Positions 1-10,048 of a stretch of 32,000 bases of DNA are shown one piece after another. A program made the translations under genes and the position numbers. Each line of letters begins with the position of its first letter. Position 1 is the first letter of the stretch. Below the pieces are notes generated by a model that was not told the DNA's origin, did no database searches, and was given only the letters and a program-made list of their open reading frames with translations. The DNA is taken from positions 1,920,001 through 1,952,000 of the forward strand of contig NZ_CP074694.1 in the NCBI RefSeq assembly GCF_018398935.1, written 5' to 3'. This DNA comes from Telmatocola sphagniphila. GTDB lineage: Bacteria > Planctomycetota > Planctomycetia > Gemmatales > Gemmataceae.

Positions 1-548
1 TCCTCGATGAAACCGGATTAAGTCTGGCTCCTCTGCTACGTCGCACTTGGGCTAAGGTCGGTTCCCGCCCCTTTCTCACGCAAAAAGTAGGTGCTCGCCA
101 GAAGGTTTCCATTATTGGAGCCTTGTCTTTTTCTCCCCAAAAACACCAGCCTAATCTCTTTTTCCAAACTTTGCCCAACGGCACTTTCAATTCCGAGAAA
201 GTGGCTAGCTTCTTACGCGATCTCCTCAAACATCTACGCGGTCGGGTCATTGTCGTTTGGGATAATGGTCCCATGCACAAAGGAGAAGCCATGAGAAAAT
301 TACTCAAAGAATATCCTCGTTTGTCGCTCGAATGGCTGCCGCCCTACGCTCCGGAACTCAATCCCGTCGAGCAGCTCTGGAGCCACCTCAAATACGGGCA
401 TTGTGCTAATCTCATTCCCGAGGATTTACAAGAACTCGAAGACGAGGCGGTCGAATTTTTAACGGAAGTAAAATTCCAACCAGATATACTACACTCCTAC
501 TTGAACGAAACTCCTCTACAGAAATCCATCACGGCTGTTGCAGGGTGA
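1..548 (+). CDS. IS630-family (Tc1/mariner-like) DDE transposase, C-terminal part; 5' end lies outside the window
   Basis: The frame of ORF 123..548 stays open back to nt 3 (LDETGLSLAPLLRRTWAKVGSRPF...). It contains the DDE-type blocks LDETG, VVWDNGPMHK and PPYAPELNPVEQLW typical of IS630 transposases. Stop TGA at 546-548. Confidence 0.85.
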   Translation, partial: LDETGLSLAPLLRRTWAKVGSRPFLTQKVGARQKVSIIGALSFSPQKHQPNLFFQTLPNGTFNSEKVASFLRDLLKHLRGRVIVVWDNGPMHKGEAMRKLLKEYPRLSLEWLPPYAPELNPVEQLWSHLKYGHCANLIPEDLQELEDEAVEFLTEVKFQPDILHSYLNETPLQKSITAVAG

Positions 549-630
549 GGAGGAGTAGAAGGGAAAAGAAGTTCAAGCAATTTCGGAGAACGGAAATAAG
601 ATAGAAGTACGTATTACGACTAATGCTACA

Positions 631-1767
631 CTACAATTTGACAGGAATTTGATCGGATACAATAGCTTTATGTCCGATTTCGCCAATCGATTTTTTATCT
701 CTATAAAATAAAAATGGCAATTCAACAAAACATCTCAACGCGGTAGCGAGCAGTGCCAGCAAGATTACTAGAAACAGTAGCCGAAACATCCAGTCGACAT
801 TCGGAGTGAGTTTTAGTAATAATACGATCACTATAGGATGGATCAAATATAAAGAATAAGAAATGGCAGCTACACTGTAGGCTCCTGGAATTCGAATATT
901 TCTCCATGAGTCATTTAACATAACGCTATATAAAATCAGAGAAAATGCAATTGACACTGGAAAGTACTGATGAATTTTAAATCCGGTTGGTGTGACAGCC
1001 CAAACGGATGCGCCTAAAATGACTAAAGCAGTCAGAATCATCGCAAAGCTCCAGAATTTATTCTGAAACTTTGGTAAAGTTGATATCACCATTCCGCAAG
1101 CTAATCCATCCAGCCTGCAATAGGGAACTGCATATCCCGGAAGATGGCCGCCTGAAGATTCAGAGAGGGCTCGACCGACAAAGGATATTCCTATGGCGGC
1201 AAGGGAGATACAACGTATCGCTAACTTGATGTTGAAAGTGAAGAGAAGCGAAAGACTGGTTGTGATCGGCAATGCAAAATAAAAAAGCTCTTCTACGCAA
1301 AGACTCCACGACCAAGCGAATCGCACGTCACCGAAATCATTTACGCTCGTTTGTAAAAACAGAAAATATGACCACCTGTTAGACCAGGGCACTTTTGATT
1401 CGTAGAACGCATCACCCAACATGACGACGAAAAGCGTCACGTAGTATGCTGGCAGGGTTCTCATCCACCTTCTGTACCAAAATTTAGCGATTTGTATTTT
1501 GCCACTTTTCAAATGCCCTTTGATTAAAATTGAGCTAATAAGAAAACCACTTAAAACAAAGAACAGGTCTACCCCAAAACCTCCTGCTCTCACGAAGTTT
1601 TGCACCGTAGAGTTGCTGTCCTTGGGAAGGCAGCCTTGCTCGCAATGAAGGAGAATGACCCAAATTATTGCAAATGCTCTCAGATTATCGAGCGCTGCTA
1701 TTCTCGAAGATTCAGAATTCAAAGATTCTTGCGAACTATTTTTCATACGATATTCCACTATTCGCAC
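631..1767 (-). CDS. Acyltransferase family 3 (OafA/YrhL-like membrane O-acyltransferase)
   Basis: 378-aa ORF that is hydrophobic along its whole length. N-terminal hallmark AALDNLRAFAIIWVILLHC resembles the Acyl_transf_3 LDGLRG...H motif. Start is GTG at 1767 or ATG at 1746. Confidence 0.8.
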   Translation of the reverse strand: MRIVEYRMKNSSQESLNSESSRIAALDNLRAFAIIWVILLHCEQGCLPKDSNSTVQNFVRAGGFGVDLFFVLSGFLISSILIKGHLKSGKIQIAKFWYRRWMRTLPAYYVTLFVVMLGDAFYESKVPWSNRWSYFLFLQTSVNDFGDVRFAWSWSLCVEELFYFALPITTSLSLLFTFNIKLAIRCISLAAIGISFVGRALSESSGGHLPGYAVPYCRLDGLACGMVISTLPKFQNKFWSFAMILTALVILGASVWAVTPTGFKIHQYFPVSIAFSLILYSVMLNDSWRNIRIPGAYSVAAISYSLYLIHPIVIVLLLKLTPNVDWMFRLLFLVILLALLATALRCFVELPFLFYRDKKSIGEIGHKAIVSDQIPVKL

Positions 1768-2206
1768 AAATAGAGATTAGTTATTAGATTCGCTTATACT
1801 CGCGAGGAATCCACGTATGCGTTTAGGCATGAACTCGATTTGATATTTTGACAATCGTCAAATCCACACTTATTTAGTATGCCGGCCATTCTGAAGCGCT
1901 CCATATTTAAATCTACTCCCTCCCAGGTGGCAAAATTCGTCGTAAATTATTCAAAAGATGCAAAATCGACTGCTATTTTGCAACTACAGCTACGAATTTA
2001 TCCAAATGATAGGGAGTAATTGTCTCAGATATTCCAATTCCCCGCTCAACAGTTTCAAAATTCAGTTTCAGAAGCTCAAAGCCCACTGCGGGTAGAGAAA
2101 TCATTCGAAGCTGATTAACCATTGTGACCACATTCGTGACGAGATACTTTACTGTAACCGTACCCCGAGTTCGCGTACTTGATCCCTCCAATTCAATACA
2201 GATTGT

Positions 2207-4070
2207 CTAGTCCTCAAACAAGCGAAGTTTTTGATGCCAATTCCGTGGGGAGTTTTAGCGAGATAGTTCGATGAGTCCCCCACGCCGGAGCTTTTCGCTC
2301 GGCCGAACGCATACTTCTATTTTTCAAACATTCTTCCTTTCCGCGAATAGCTCTCGGCGTTTTATCGGATCGGGACATCCGGATCCCGACTTCAGTCGGT
2401 CGAACGATCAGCACCTCAGTGCTTTCAGTAGTCGGAAGAAGATTGGCAAGTGCGGGTTCCAGCCGAGCAATCGATAGACGATGCGGCCGGCCTTCCGGAC
2501 GATCTGACAAGGCAGAAGCATGAAAGCATTGAGGAAGGTTTTGAATTCCATTTTCAAAACCGACTGCTTCTGGTCCCGATGCTTTTCCCGCCAGCGACCA
2601 GGAGTTTCCGGCAACGTCAAGGCCCACCAGGCTTTCAAGTTCCAGGCCAGGGAGGCCATCACCATGTACGCCCAATTGCTTTCCAGATCGTGCAGCGGCG
2701 CGTGCAAGGCCCGGCAACCGCCCTTGAGCTGCGCTATCAGATTTTCCTGATTGCAGCGATCGTTGGCTTCGTAGACGACTTCGGCGGCCGTGCACTCCCG
2801 GTCGTTGGTGATGTAGAAGAAATAGCGTTCGTCCGGATACAGAACGGATTCGCCTTTTTCCACGGAAAGATTCTTGCGAATCACCACCAGGCGATACGCC
2901 CTTCGGCAAGCGGTCGGTTGGTACTCGAACTCGGCCACCGCTTCGGAGATCAACTTCACATTTACGAATTCCCGCTCTTGGACGATCCGCTCCTTGGTGT
3001 TTTCCCGTCGGTGTCGCAACTTCGCTTTCGCCGAGTATTGCGCGGGACGCTCGAGCTTGTGCCAAGCCGCTTCCGGCAGTTTTTCCGCGATTGCTTCGAG
3101 GTTTTGCTTCGAATCGTAGCCGAAATAAAAGCGTACCTTGGCGTTGGCATCCCAGCCGTCGAGGCGAGTGGTCTGCGAGAAATCGGTGTCGCCGCGAAAG
3201 ACGATCCTGCGAAAGCCCGCTTGAAGGCACAGCAAAAGAGCCCGGTCGAGTTCGACCGCGGCCCCTTCGTGCGAAGGGCGATTGCCGGGACGGTTGACGA
3301 TGCTCAGCGTCTCACCGGTGTTGGCCAGGGTCACCGCCAGGGGGTGGTAACACCAGTCTCTGTTATAGTTGATGTCCATCCCCGCTTTACGCTCGCCACG
3401 CGTTTGGGTAAAGCTGCCGTCGGCGTCGATCTTCGCGCATTCCCAAAAGGAATCGGGTTGCTTCGACCAGACGCGTAAACGGGTCTGGTTGAAAGCGTCG
3501 ATCAAAGCCTGGATGCTGCCACTATCGAAGCGTCGACAAAAGTCGCCCGAAGTAGTCGGGTCGGGAAAACGCTGAGTGCCCAAGGCGTTGAGAAAGTTTT
3601 CGTCCGTGCGACGCAGTTCCATGTCTTGCAGGCAGGTACCCCCGCAAAGGGAATTGTAAGCGATGGCCAACACGTGGTCCGATTCCGAGTAAGGCCTTTG
3701 AAATTGGAGCAGATGCAGCTTCTCGTCGATGTCGTCGATCAGTCCGATACGCCGGGCCAGAAGGTGCATGGCCCCGAGGCCTCCGCAACTGATCGCCCCC
3801 ACGCGTTCGGAGACTTCGTAATGAATGTTGGAGGCGTCGAAAGAAGGAGCGAAGGTCATCGCGGCCTCTCGCTTAGCCAGGCGACGTTCGATTCGACTCT
3901 TGCATTTTTGAAACCAACGTCCGAAAATAACATTCACTCGAAACTCCTTTTTGCGACTGTCGATTTGTTAAGCGGTTACTTACACAAACCGCAGAAAACA
4001 AAAAGGATTTCGAGCTTTCTTCGATAAATCGAAACAATTCCCCAAAAAACTACGCTGTTTTAAGGTCTAG
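2207..4070 (-). mobile_element. IS1380-family insertion sequence (complete), flanked by CTAG
   Basis: Imperfect terminal inverted repeats: 2211-2232 (tcctcaaacaagcgaagttttt) against the reverse complement of 4045-4066 (accttaaaacagcgtagttttt), 17 of 22 matches by hand. Both ends abut CTAG (2207-2210, 4067-4070). The element has one transposase ORF and clearly higher GC than its flanks. Confidence 0.8.
2408..3937 (-). CDS. IS1380-family DDE transposase
   Basis: 509-aa ORF. The N-terminal third (GGLGAMHLLARRIGL...RPYSESDHVLAIAYNSLCGGTCLQDMELRRTDENFLNALGTQRFPDPTTSGDFCRRF) matches the characteristic IS1380 transposase signature as I recall it. Confidence 0.88.
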   Translation of the reverse strand: MNVIFGRWFQKCKSRIERRLAKREAAMTFAPSFDASNIHYEVSERVGAISCGGLGAMHLLARRIGLIDDIDEKLHLLQFQRPYSESDHVLAIAYNSLCGGTCLQDMELRRTDENFLNALGTQRFPDPTTSGDFCRRFDSGSIQALIDAFNQTRLRVWSKQPDSFWECAKIDADGSFTQTRGERKAGMDINYNRDWCYHPLAVTLANTGETLSIVNRPGNRPSHEGAAVELDRALLLCLQAGFRRIVFRGDTDFSQTTRLDGWDANAKVRFYFGYDSKQNLEAIAEKLPEAAWHKLERPAQYSAKAKLRHRRENTKERIVQEREFVNVKLISEAVAEFEYQPTACRRAYRLVVIRKNLSVEKGESVLYPDERYFFYITNDRECTAAEVVYEANDRCNQENLIAQLKGGCRALHAPLHDLESNWAYMVMASLAWNLKAWWALTLPETPGRWREKHRDQKQSVLKMEFKTFLNAFMLLPCQIVRKAGRIVYRLLGWNPHLPIFFRLLKALRC

Positions 4071-4127
4071 TTACAAGATAAGGTACTTTAGTGATTTCTA
4101 TTTTCGAATACGAGACCCTCAATCAAG

Positions 4128-5360
4128 TTAACTTCTTTCGCTCAATAAATTAGTATAAACGACTCGAATATTGTATCCAAAACGCGAGCTTGAAAAATTC
4201 TGAAGTACTGTCTTCAAAGCGGCTTCTGCCAATTTGGATCGCAATCCCTTATTCTCAATCAGATTTGACAGTTTCTCTGCCAAATCATCCGCACTATTCG
4301 GCTCAAAGCCCAACGCATCTATGCCATCAGTAAATAATTCCGCAGCTCCGCCAGCGCGAGAGATAACCACTGGCCTAGCGCATGCCATAGCTTCTATGAT
4401 TGTCAGTCCGAAAGGCTCGGGCCTGGTACTGGCGTGTACAACAATGTCGAGTGCTCGATACACAGCCGCCGAGTTTGACTGGAAAGAAACAAATCCAACT
4501 TTGTCAGAAACTCCGAGTGTTGCAGCCTTTTGAACTAATTCTTCCCGAGTGAATTGAGATCCTGGGGTTGAATAGATCGCACCACCGACGATATAAGCAT
4601 AAAATTTTGCATTGCGAGATTTTAGTCGTGCAATGGCTTGCAGAAAAAGATCCTGCCCTTTCCAATTTGCATAAGTGGCCACAATCCCAATGCGGATCAA
4701 GGCAGATTCTTTCTCGGGAATTCCTACAAGCCCCGGCAGGTCGTACGAACAGCCAACTGGACAAAACGTGAACTGATCCACGCAGTTATAAACAACATGA
4801 ACCGGTAGGTCGGGAAAAACACTCGTTACATCGCGCGACACCGATTCCGAAATGGCAATAGCTACGGAAACATTTTTTACGACGCGCTTTAGTATTTTGA
4901 CCATTAATGGTCTTTGCGAATAATAATCGTGAATGTGCCAGAGAATATTCGTTTTTTTTGGACAAGCCAAGGCGGCAAGAAAATGAGATTTTAGGCCGTG
5001 TGAATGAACGAGAGTAGGTCTCAAATCCTTTAGCGTCCTGGACAATTTGCGAAAATATCGATAGCCACCAGGGATTTTCAAAGCGGCTGTACCCGCCAAT
5101 TTAAGAAGCATGAAAATTTTATTGGTTTTTCGGAATTGCGTGTCTCCCATTTTCGCATAGGTTGCAGGCATTGGATGAACTAGACAGTCCACACCCAGTT
5201 CACGAACTCGTTCTTCAAGCGGACCATATGCCAGAAGTAGAGCCGTTAAACGAGCATCGGGAAATTCAGCCCGGACCGCTTGGATACAAGCCAGAAATAC
5301 ACGCTCGGCACCTCCTATCACGGCAACGGGATTTATAAAGACGATATGCATAGCACTCAT
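4128..5360 (-). CDS. Glycosyltransferase, GT4 family (GT-B fold)
   Basis: 410 aa. C-terminal E-x7-E region RPEPFGLTIIEAMACARPVVISRAGGAAELF. ATG at 5360 overlaps the upstream stop (ATGA). Confidence 0.88.
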   Translation of the reverse strand: MSAMHIVFINPVAVIGGAERVFLACIQAVRAEFPDARLTALLLAYGPLEERVRELGVDCLVHPMPATYAKMGDTQFRKTNKIFMLLKLAGTAALKIPGGYRYFRKLSRTLKDLRPTLVHSHGLKSHFLAALACPKKTNILWHIHDYYSQRPLMVKILKRVVKNVSVAIAISESVSRDVTSVFPDLPVHVVYNCVDQFTFCPVGCSYDLPGLVGIPEKESALIRIGIVATYANWKGQDLFLQAIARLKSRNAKFYAYIVGGAIYSTPGSQFTREELVQKAATLGVSDKVGFVSFQSNSAAVYRALDIVVHASTRPEPFGLTIIEAMACARPVVISRAGGAAELFTDGIDALGFEPNSADDLAEKLSNLIENKGLRSKLAEAALKTVLQNFSSSRFGYNIRVVYTNLLSERS

Positions 5361-6388
5361 GCCAGGGAAAGATAGGCATCAAGTATAATTTGAGAATGTT
5401 TTTCCCAAGAATATCGACTGGCCGAATTAAGTCGATTTGTAATTGAGGGAACGCTCATTTCTCCACTCAGAATTTTTGTCAGACAGTTAGTCCAAGCAGT
5501 GATATCCGCAACTGGCAGAAAGATAACGGCATCACTTCCGGACTCCCTTAGTGGTGCTATATCGGAAGCCACGACTAAAGATCCACAAGCCAATGCCTCG
5601 ATAACGGGGAGTCCGAAACCTTCGGATTCACTCGAAACGAGTACGACTCTAGCCCTTCGATAGCATTCCGCCAATTCTGTTCTGGGGATCGATTTCTTAT
5701 GAACGATTGATTTCGCCAAGTTCAAGCTTTCAATCTTTTCGACTTGGTCGCTTGTGAAATCTCCACCGACTTTTACGAGTCGAATTTCTGGAAAATTGGT
5801 CCGTAATCTCGCCAAAGTATCCAAAACAACATCCACCCGCTTTCTTGCGATGCAACTACCGACGTGGAGCACGAACGGTTGCGAAATACTATCCAGCCAG
5901 GGTACGGAAGAGAAAGATTGGTGATTAAACTCCGAGGAAACTCCCAAGGGGGCAAATGTCAACTTCTTCGAATCGACTAATTGGTATTTGACAATCTGAT
6001 CATAAGTTTGCTTTGAGTTGTAGAAAATGATTGCGGCCTTTTGCATCCCAGTCAAAATTCGCCGGGACATTGCTCTAAACCAGTGAGGTCTACGTTCGCT
6101 GGACGGCTCCAAAATACAGCGAAATGCGTCTAAATCGTGGCAATAAACTCCGGTTCGCGCTCGTGGCAAATGATGCACGAGTTGAGCGTAGGAATGATCT
6201 ACGATATGGAAACAATCGAATTTCTTTTGAAGCTTGCTCAGGTAAAGCGGATATAAAAATTGACGATTCAACAATCGATCCGCGTTGAACCCTCCAGGCA
6301 GACGCAGCTTCGAGAACAGGCGTCGAAACGGAGGACAGAGATTCGCAACTCGCAGATGCGCTGCCAACTCGTCCGCACACAAATCCAT
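5357..6388 (-). CDS. Glycosyltransferase, GT4 family
   Basis: 343 aa. Contains SESEGFGLPVIEALACGSLVVASDIAPLRESG. ATG start at 6388. Confidence 0.85.
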   Translation of the reverse strand: MDLCADELAAHLRVANLCPPFRRLFSKLRLPGGFNADRLLNRQFLYPLYLSKLQKKFDCFHIVDHSYAQLVHHLPRARTGVYCHDLDAFRCILEPSSERRPHWFRAMSRRILTGMQKAAIIFYNSKQTYDQIVKYQLVDSKKLTFAPLGVSSEFNHQSFSSVPWLDSISQPFVLHVGSCIARKRVDVVLDTLARLRTNFPEIRLVKVGGDFTSDQVEKIESLNLAKSIVHKKSIPRTELAECYRRARVVLVSSESEGFGLPVIEALACGSLVVASDIAPLRESGSDAVIFLPVADITAWTNCLTKILSGEMSVPSITNRLNSASRYSWEKHSQIILDAYLSLA

Positions 6389-6440
6389 ACTCGCCCAATT
6401 CTCTTCGGCAAAATCTCGAAGAAGAGCGATTCGCTTGCTG

Positions 6441-7658
6441 CTAATTTTGCTTGTTCGCCAATAAGGAATCGAAAAAACTCAAATATTTTTTAGCGACTGC
6501 CGGCCAGGCGAATTCTTCCTGGGCACGCTGTCTTCCCTGTTCGGAAAGTTCCCGCTGTTTTATTGGATCTCCAAGAAGATCGGCGATCGCTTTCGTCCAA
6601 CCGATTTCGTCTTTCTCTCCGACAATAATCCCAGTGTCGCCTACCACGAACGGAATTTCGCCACTGTCGCTTCCTATGAAAGGAAGCCCCGCCGCAAAAG
6701 CTTCCACTACCATCCGACCAAATTGCTCCTTCCAATTCGGCATGGTTTGGCTAGGGGCGCATAGTACATTCATGGCATTCAGATATGGAGGAACCTGATC
6801 GTGAGTGACATCAGTGCAAATACGAATTTTATCGCCGTGATCCTCCGACCACTTTCTAAGCTCGGGCAGCATATCTCCGTTGCCGACAAATAAAGCTCTC
6901 CAATCGCCAGTCAATCCATCTAAAGCATTCATCAAAACGCGTAACCCTTTACTGGCTACAAATCGTCCAAGATAACCAATCACGGGTGGTCCGGGTTTCC
7001 AGCCGAGTTTCTTCAGAACTGCCTTTCCCAAATCAGGATCCGGCCTAAAGGCATTCAAATCAACCCCCAAAGGGATTTTTGCCATGGGCTTATCATAACC
7101 CAATCGGGAGCTTAACGTTTTGGCAACTAACGAACCGCTGCAAATCCAGCCTGCTGCTCGACGCATGGAGTATTGTTCGATCCACCGAAATGGTTGGGGA
7201 TAGCGCTTGTTAATGCTCTGTGCTGTACGAAATACCAGGGGTGTTTTCGATTTCGCGAACCAGGCGACTTCGCCGCCTGCAAAAATATAGGGCTCTTCCC
7301 AACAGTGGATTAGATCCCAATTTTCCGAAAGAATGGATCTAAGCTGCCAACCGTAAAGAAATATGTGTACTTTTCTTGTCAGGTAAGCATTAACGCTGAG
7401 AACTCGACAATCCGCGTTCGAATCTGGCTCGAATCGTACCGGTCTCAGATCGTTGCCGTGAAAATATTTAGGCGCTACAGCGGTAACTTCCCATGAGCCA
7501 CCTCCCACGTTGGCCATTTCATATGCCAACCTACGATTCATTCCCACTGCGTAGGAATGTGCGATTGAAATCAAGCGACGAGGGGGTAGCCGACCTAAGG
7601 TACCCTCGAAATGGTCCGATCTAGCGGAGAGAACTTGATCTGGAGTCATGAAACTCAA
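6441..7658 (-). CDS. Glycosyltransferase, GT4-like (tandem paralog A)
   Basis: 405 aa. Contains WKEQFGRMVVEAFAAGLPFIGSDSGEIPFVVGDTG. TTG at 7658, with a more likely ATG at 7649. Clear paralog of 7881..9035. Confidence 0.85.
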   Translation of the reverse strand: MSFMTPDQVLSARSDHFEGTLGRLPPRRLISIAHSYAVGMNRRLAYEMANVGGGSWEVTAVAPKYFHGNDLRPVRFEPDSNADCRVLSVNAYLTRKVHIFLYGWQLRSILSENWDLIHCWEEPYIFAGGEVAWFAKSKTPLVFRTAQSINKRYPQPFRWIEQYSMRRAAGWICSGSLVAKTLSSRLGYDKPMAKIPLGVDLNAFRPDPDLGKAVLKKLGWKPGPPVIGYLGRFVASKGLRVLMNALDGLTGDWRALFVGNGDMLPELRKWSEDHGDKIRICTDVTHDQVPPYLNAMNVLCAPSQTMPNWKEQFGRMVVEAFAAGLPFIGSDSGEIPFVVGDTGIIVGEKDEIGWTKAIADLLGDPIKQRELSEQGRQRAQEEFAWPAVAKKYLSFFDSLLANKQN

Positions 7659-7880
7659 TTTTTCTCAGGCGAATTATCCTAGTCCTATAGGCTTAAGACC
7701 GTGAATTTCCTCCGAATTATGAACAACCTGCTTCCTAAAACGGATAACAAAACTATATTAATTTATATTTATTAAATCTGTAAGCAAAAACCCGATTTCT
7801 ATGCTTTGAATACTAATTCGATATTCAAGTGCTTATTCAGATAAAATTAAAAAGGTCGTTGTACTTAAACTGATCTCAAA

Positions 7881-9035
7881 TCAATGTTTCGGAATTGGTG
7901 AATCTAGAAGTTGATCGAAGAAATCGATATTGCGTTTCGCAATAACCGGCCACGAAAAGTGCGTGATGGCCCTATCTCTACCTTTTTCACCTAATTCGTT
8001 CCTGTACGAAGCATTTTCGATTAGCTCTCCCAAAGTCTTTTTCCATGCGGAGTCACTACTTTCCTCTACAACAAGTCCGCAATCTCCAAGAACGCTCGGA
8101 ATTTCCCCAGAATTACTGCCAACCACGGGTAAGCCACTCGCAAAGCCTTCGATCAGCATTCGCCCAAGCTGCTCTTTCCAACGTGGAGTCGTCTGACTCG
8201 GGGCTGCAAGGATATCCATCGCATTCAGATAATCGGGGACTTGAGTGTGAGTAATACCAGTAACAATTCTCACTCTATCGCCATATTGGCTTCCCCAGTG
8301 CCGAAGCTTGCGCTCTAAGACGCCCCCGCCAACGAATAACGCTCTCCAGCCAGTTTGCAAGCCATCGAGAGCTTTCATTAGTAGATTGACCCCCTTATCC
8401 AGGACAAATCTTCCCAAGAATCCGATGATCGGCGGACCTGAGGCGCTCCAATTCAAAGAAGAGAGGATTCGATTCCCGCGTTCGGTATACGGCTGGAACA
8501 AATTCGTATCCACTCCAAGGGAAATTCTCGCATGCGGATGATCAGCGTACCCCGATCTGCTCATCATGGCATCCTCCACCGTATGCCCTCCAGCAATCCA
8601 AGCAGTGGAGTTTCGGAGAGTTTCGTTTTCCAACCAATTGAAGGGAGGCGGATATCTTTTACTGATATTCTGGTATGTGTAAAAGACAAAAGGAGCGATT
8701 TTTTTGGCCCAGCGGCTGATCTGCCAGCCCGCAGGAATATAGGGTTCCTCCCAGGCGTGAATCAAATCCCAGGCCCCTGAGGTCACTAATCGTTTTGCGT
8801 CCCGGGCATACGTCATGAAATGCGGGCGACTAGTCATACGAAGAGAAACGGGTTCTAGATGGCAAGCCTCTTCGTCAATTGCTTCCAGTTCTATAGGGCG
8901 AAGATCGCCGATTACAAAACGGGGAGCAGCACAAGTGACTTCCCAGCGATTCTTTCCGGCGAGAGCCATCTCGTGCGCCAAACGCCGATTGACTCCTACC
9001 GTATAGGAATGACCAATAGTCAAAAGGCGTCGCAT
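7881..9035 (-). CDS. Glycosyltransferase, GT4-like (tandem paralog B)
   Basis: 384 aa. Contains WKEQLGRMLIEGFASGLPVVGSNSGEIPSVLGDCG. ATG start at 9035. Confidence 0.85.
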   Translation of the reverse strand: MRRLLTIGHSYTVGVNRRLAHEMALAGKNRWEVTCAAPRFVIGDLRPIELEAIDEEACHLEPVSLRMTSRPHFMTYARDAKRLVTSGAWDLIHAWEEPYIPAGWQISRWAKKIAPFVFYTYQNISKRYPPPFNWLENETLRNSTAWIAGGHTVEDAMMSRSGYADHPHARISLGVDTNLFQPYTERGNRILSSLNWSASGPPIIGFLGRFVLDKGVNLLMKALDGLQTGWRALFVGGGVLERKLRHWGSQYGDRVRIVTGITHTQVPDYLNAMDILAAPSQTTPRWKEQLGRMLIEGFASGLPVVGSNSGEIPSVLGDCGLVVEESSDSAWKKTLGELIENASYRNELGEKGRDRAITHFSWPVIAKRNIDFFDQLLDSPIPKH

Positions 9036-9058
9036 ACAATTTTGTTAATCCCCCTGAA

Positions 9059-10048
9059 TTATATCTGGATAGATCGGGCAGTGGGCAAGATATGCCGGTA
9101 GCGGTACAGCCCTCGGGCATACTGGATCAAGCGAATCAGCGGAACGAAAGGAATTAGAAGACAAGTAACTGCCAACTCGTTAACGCTCACTCTACATCCC
9201 CAATATCTTCGAGCTAGATCCACTCCGGTCAGAGAGAACAAGAATAAACCACCCATTGGTAAACCATCCCAATTATACCTAATTACTAAAACTAACAGCA
9301 ACAGCCACATAATTAAATAAGCTTTATGATTCCATTGCAACAATCTTGAGATCTTTTGTCTGTAGATTTCGGGATGCTTATTTTTGAGTAAAGGTAACAG
9401 TATAGTCCTCTTCGAATCGTCGAGCAATCGCCAAGGAGCTGCTGGGACTACTGGATGTCTGACTATAGCATTGCTCGCATGCGGAATTTGAAAGCCGTTG
9501 TCTATCACCGACCAGGCGAAATCGGTATCTTCGAGATAAAAGGGGAAACGAAGATCGAATCCTCCCAATTTCAGAAATACATCACGTCTATAAAACATGT
9601 TGCAGGATTGGTAACCACCTGGCTTCTCAAAAGATTTCAAACCGCGGTAAGTGTAGGTTTCTTTCGGCGGAACCGGGATTTTCTTGCACCCCTCCAAGGC
9701 TACGTTGTCTTTTAATAACAGGTCTGCTTCTTCCAGCCAACGGGGATCCGCTTCACAATCGTCATCGATAAATGCCAGCCATTCTCCACGTGCCAAACTA
9801 GCCCCGTAGTTCCGCTTTGCGGAAGCATTTTTACCTTGCCAGGGATCTTCGTAAATACCGACGCAGCGAACGCTGACGCTCCGACCCTCAGCCGATTGTG
9901 AGACTGTTTCGAATGCAGAATCCCCCGGCGATGCGACGACAATCACCTCGAACTCACTCGAACTATAAGTCTGTTCAAAAACTGTTGAAAGAACACGCTG
10001 CAAAAGCTCTCGCCGATTATGTGTTGGTATGATTATTGAAAACTTCAT
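9059..10048 (-). CDS. Glycosyltransferase, GT2 family, with hydrophobic C-terminal segment
   Basis: 329 aa. Classic GT2 N-terminus MKFSIIIPTHNRRELLQRVLSTVFEQTY and a DxD-type motif FIDDDCEA. The C-terminal ~90 aa are hydrophobic. Confidence 0.88.
   Translation of the reverse strand: MKFSIIIPTHNRRELLQRVLSTVFEQTYSSSEFEVIVVASPGDSAFETVSQSAEGRSVSVRCVGIYEDPWQGKNASAKRNYGASLARGEWLAFIDDDCEADPRWLEEADLLLKDNVALEGCKKIPVPPKETYTYRGLKSFEKPGGYQSCNMFYRRDVFLKLGGFDLRFPFYLEDTDFAWSVIDNGFQIPHASNAIVRHPVVPAAPWRLLDDSKRTILLPLLKNKHPEIYRQKISRLLQWNHKAYLIMWLLLLVLVIRYNWDGLPMGGLFLFSLTGVDLARRYWGCRVSVNELAVTCLLIPFVPLIRLIQYARGLYRYRHILPTARSIQI

Noticed and set aside
1973-2191. 72-aa minus-strand ORF abutting the IS1380 left end; considered as a gene truncated by the insertion
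   Set aside because: It has a TTG start and no ribosome-binding site or recognisable motif. Rebuilding the pre-insertion sequence still puts the TAG of the CTAG target in frame just upstream, so the IS did not truncate a longer ORF. I cannot exclude a small hypothetical protein, but nothing supports one.
2214-3478. Long ORFs overlapping the IS1380 transposase (338 aa on minus at 2214-3230, 342 aa on plus at 2450-3478, and several of 60-130 aa)
   Set aside because: They lie in alternative frames of a GC-rich transposase gene and are Arg/Gly/Pro/Ser-rich with no recognisable motifs. This is the usual stop-codon-poor artefact of high GC, and the 509-aa transposase frame explains the region.
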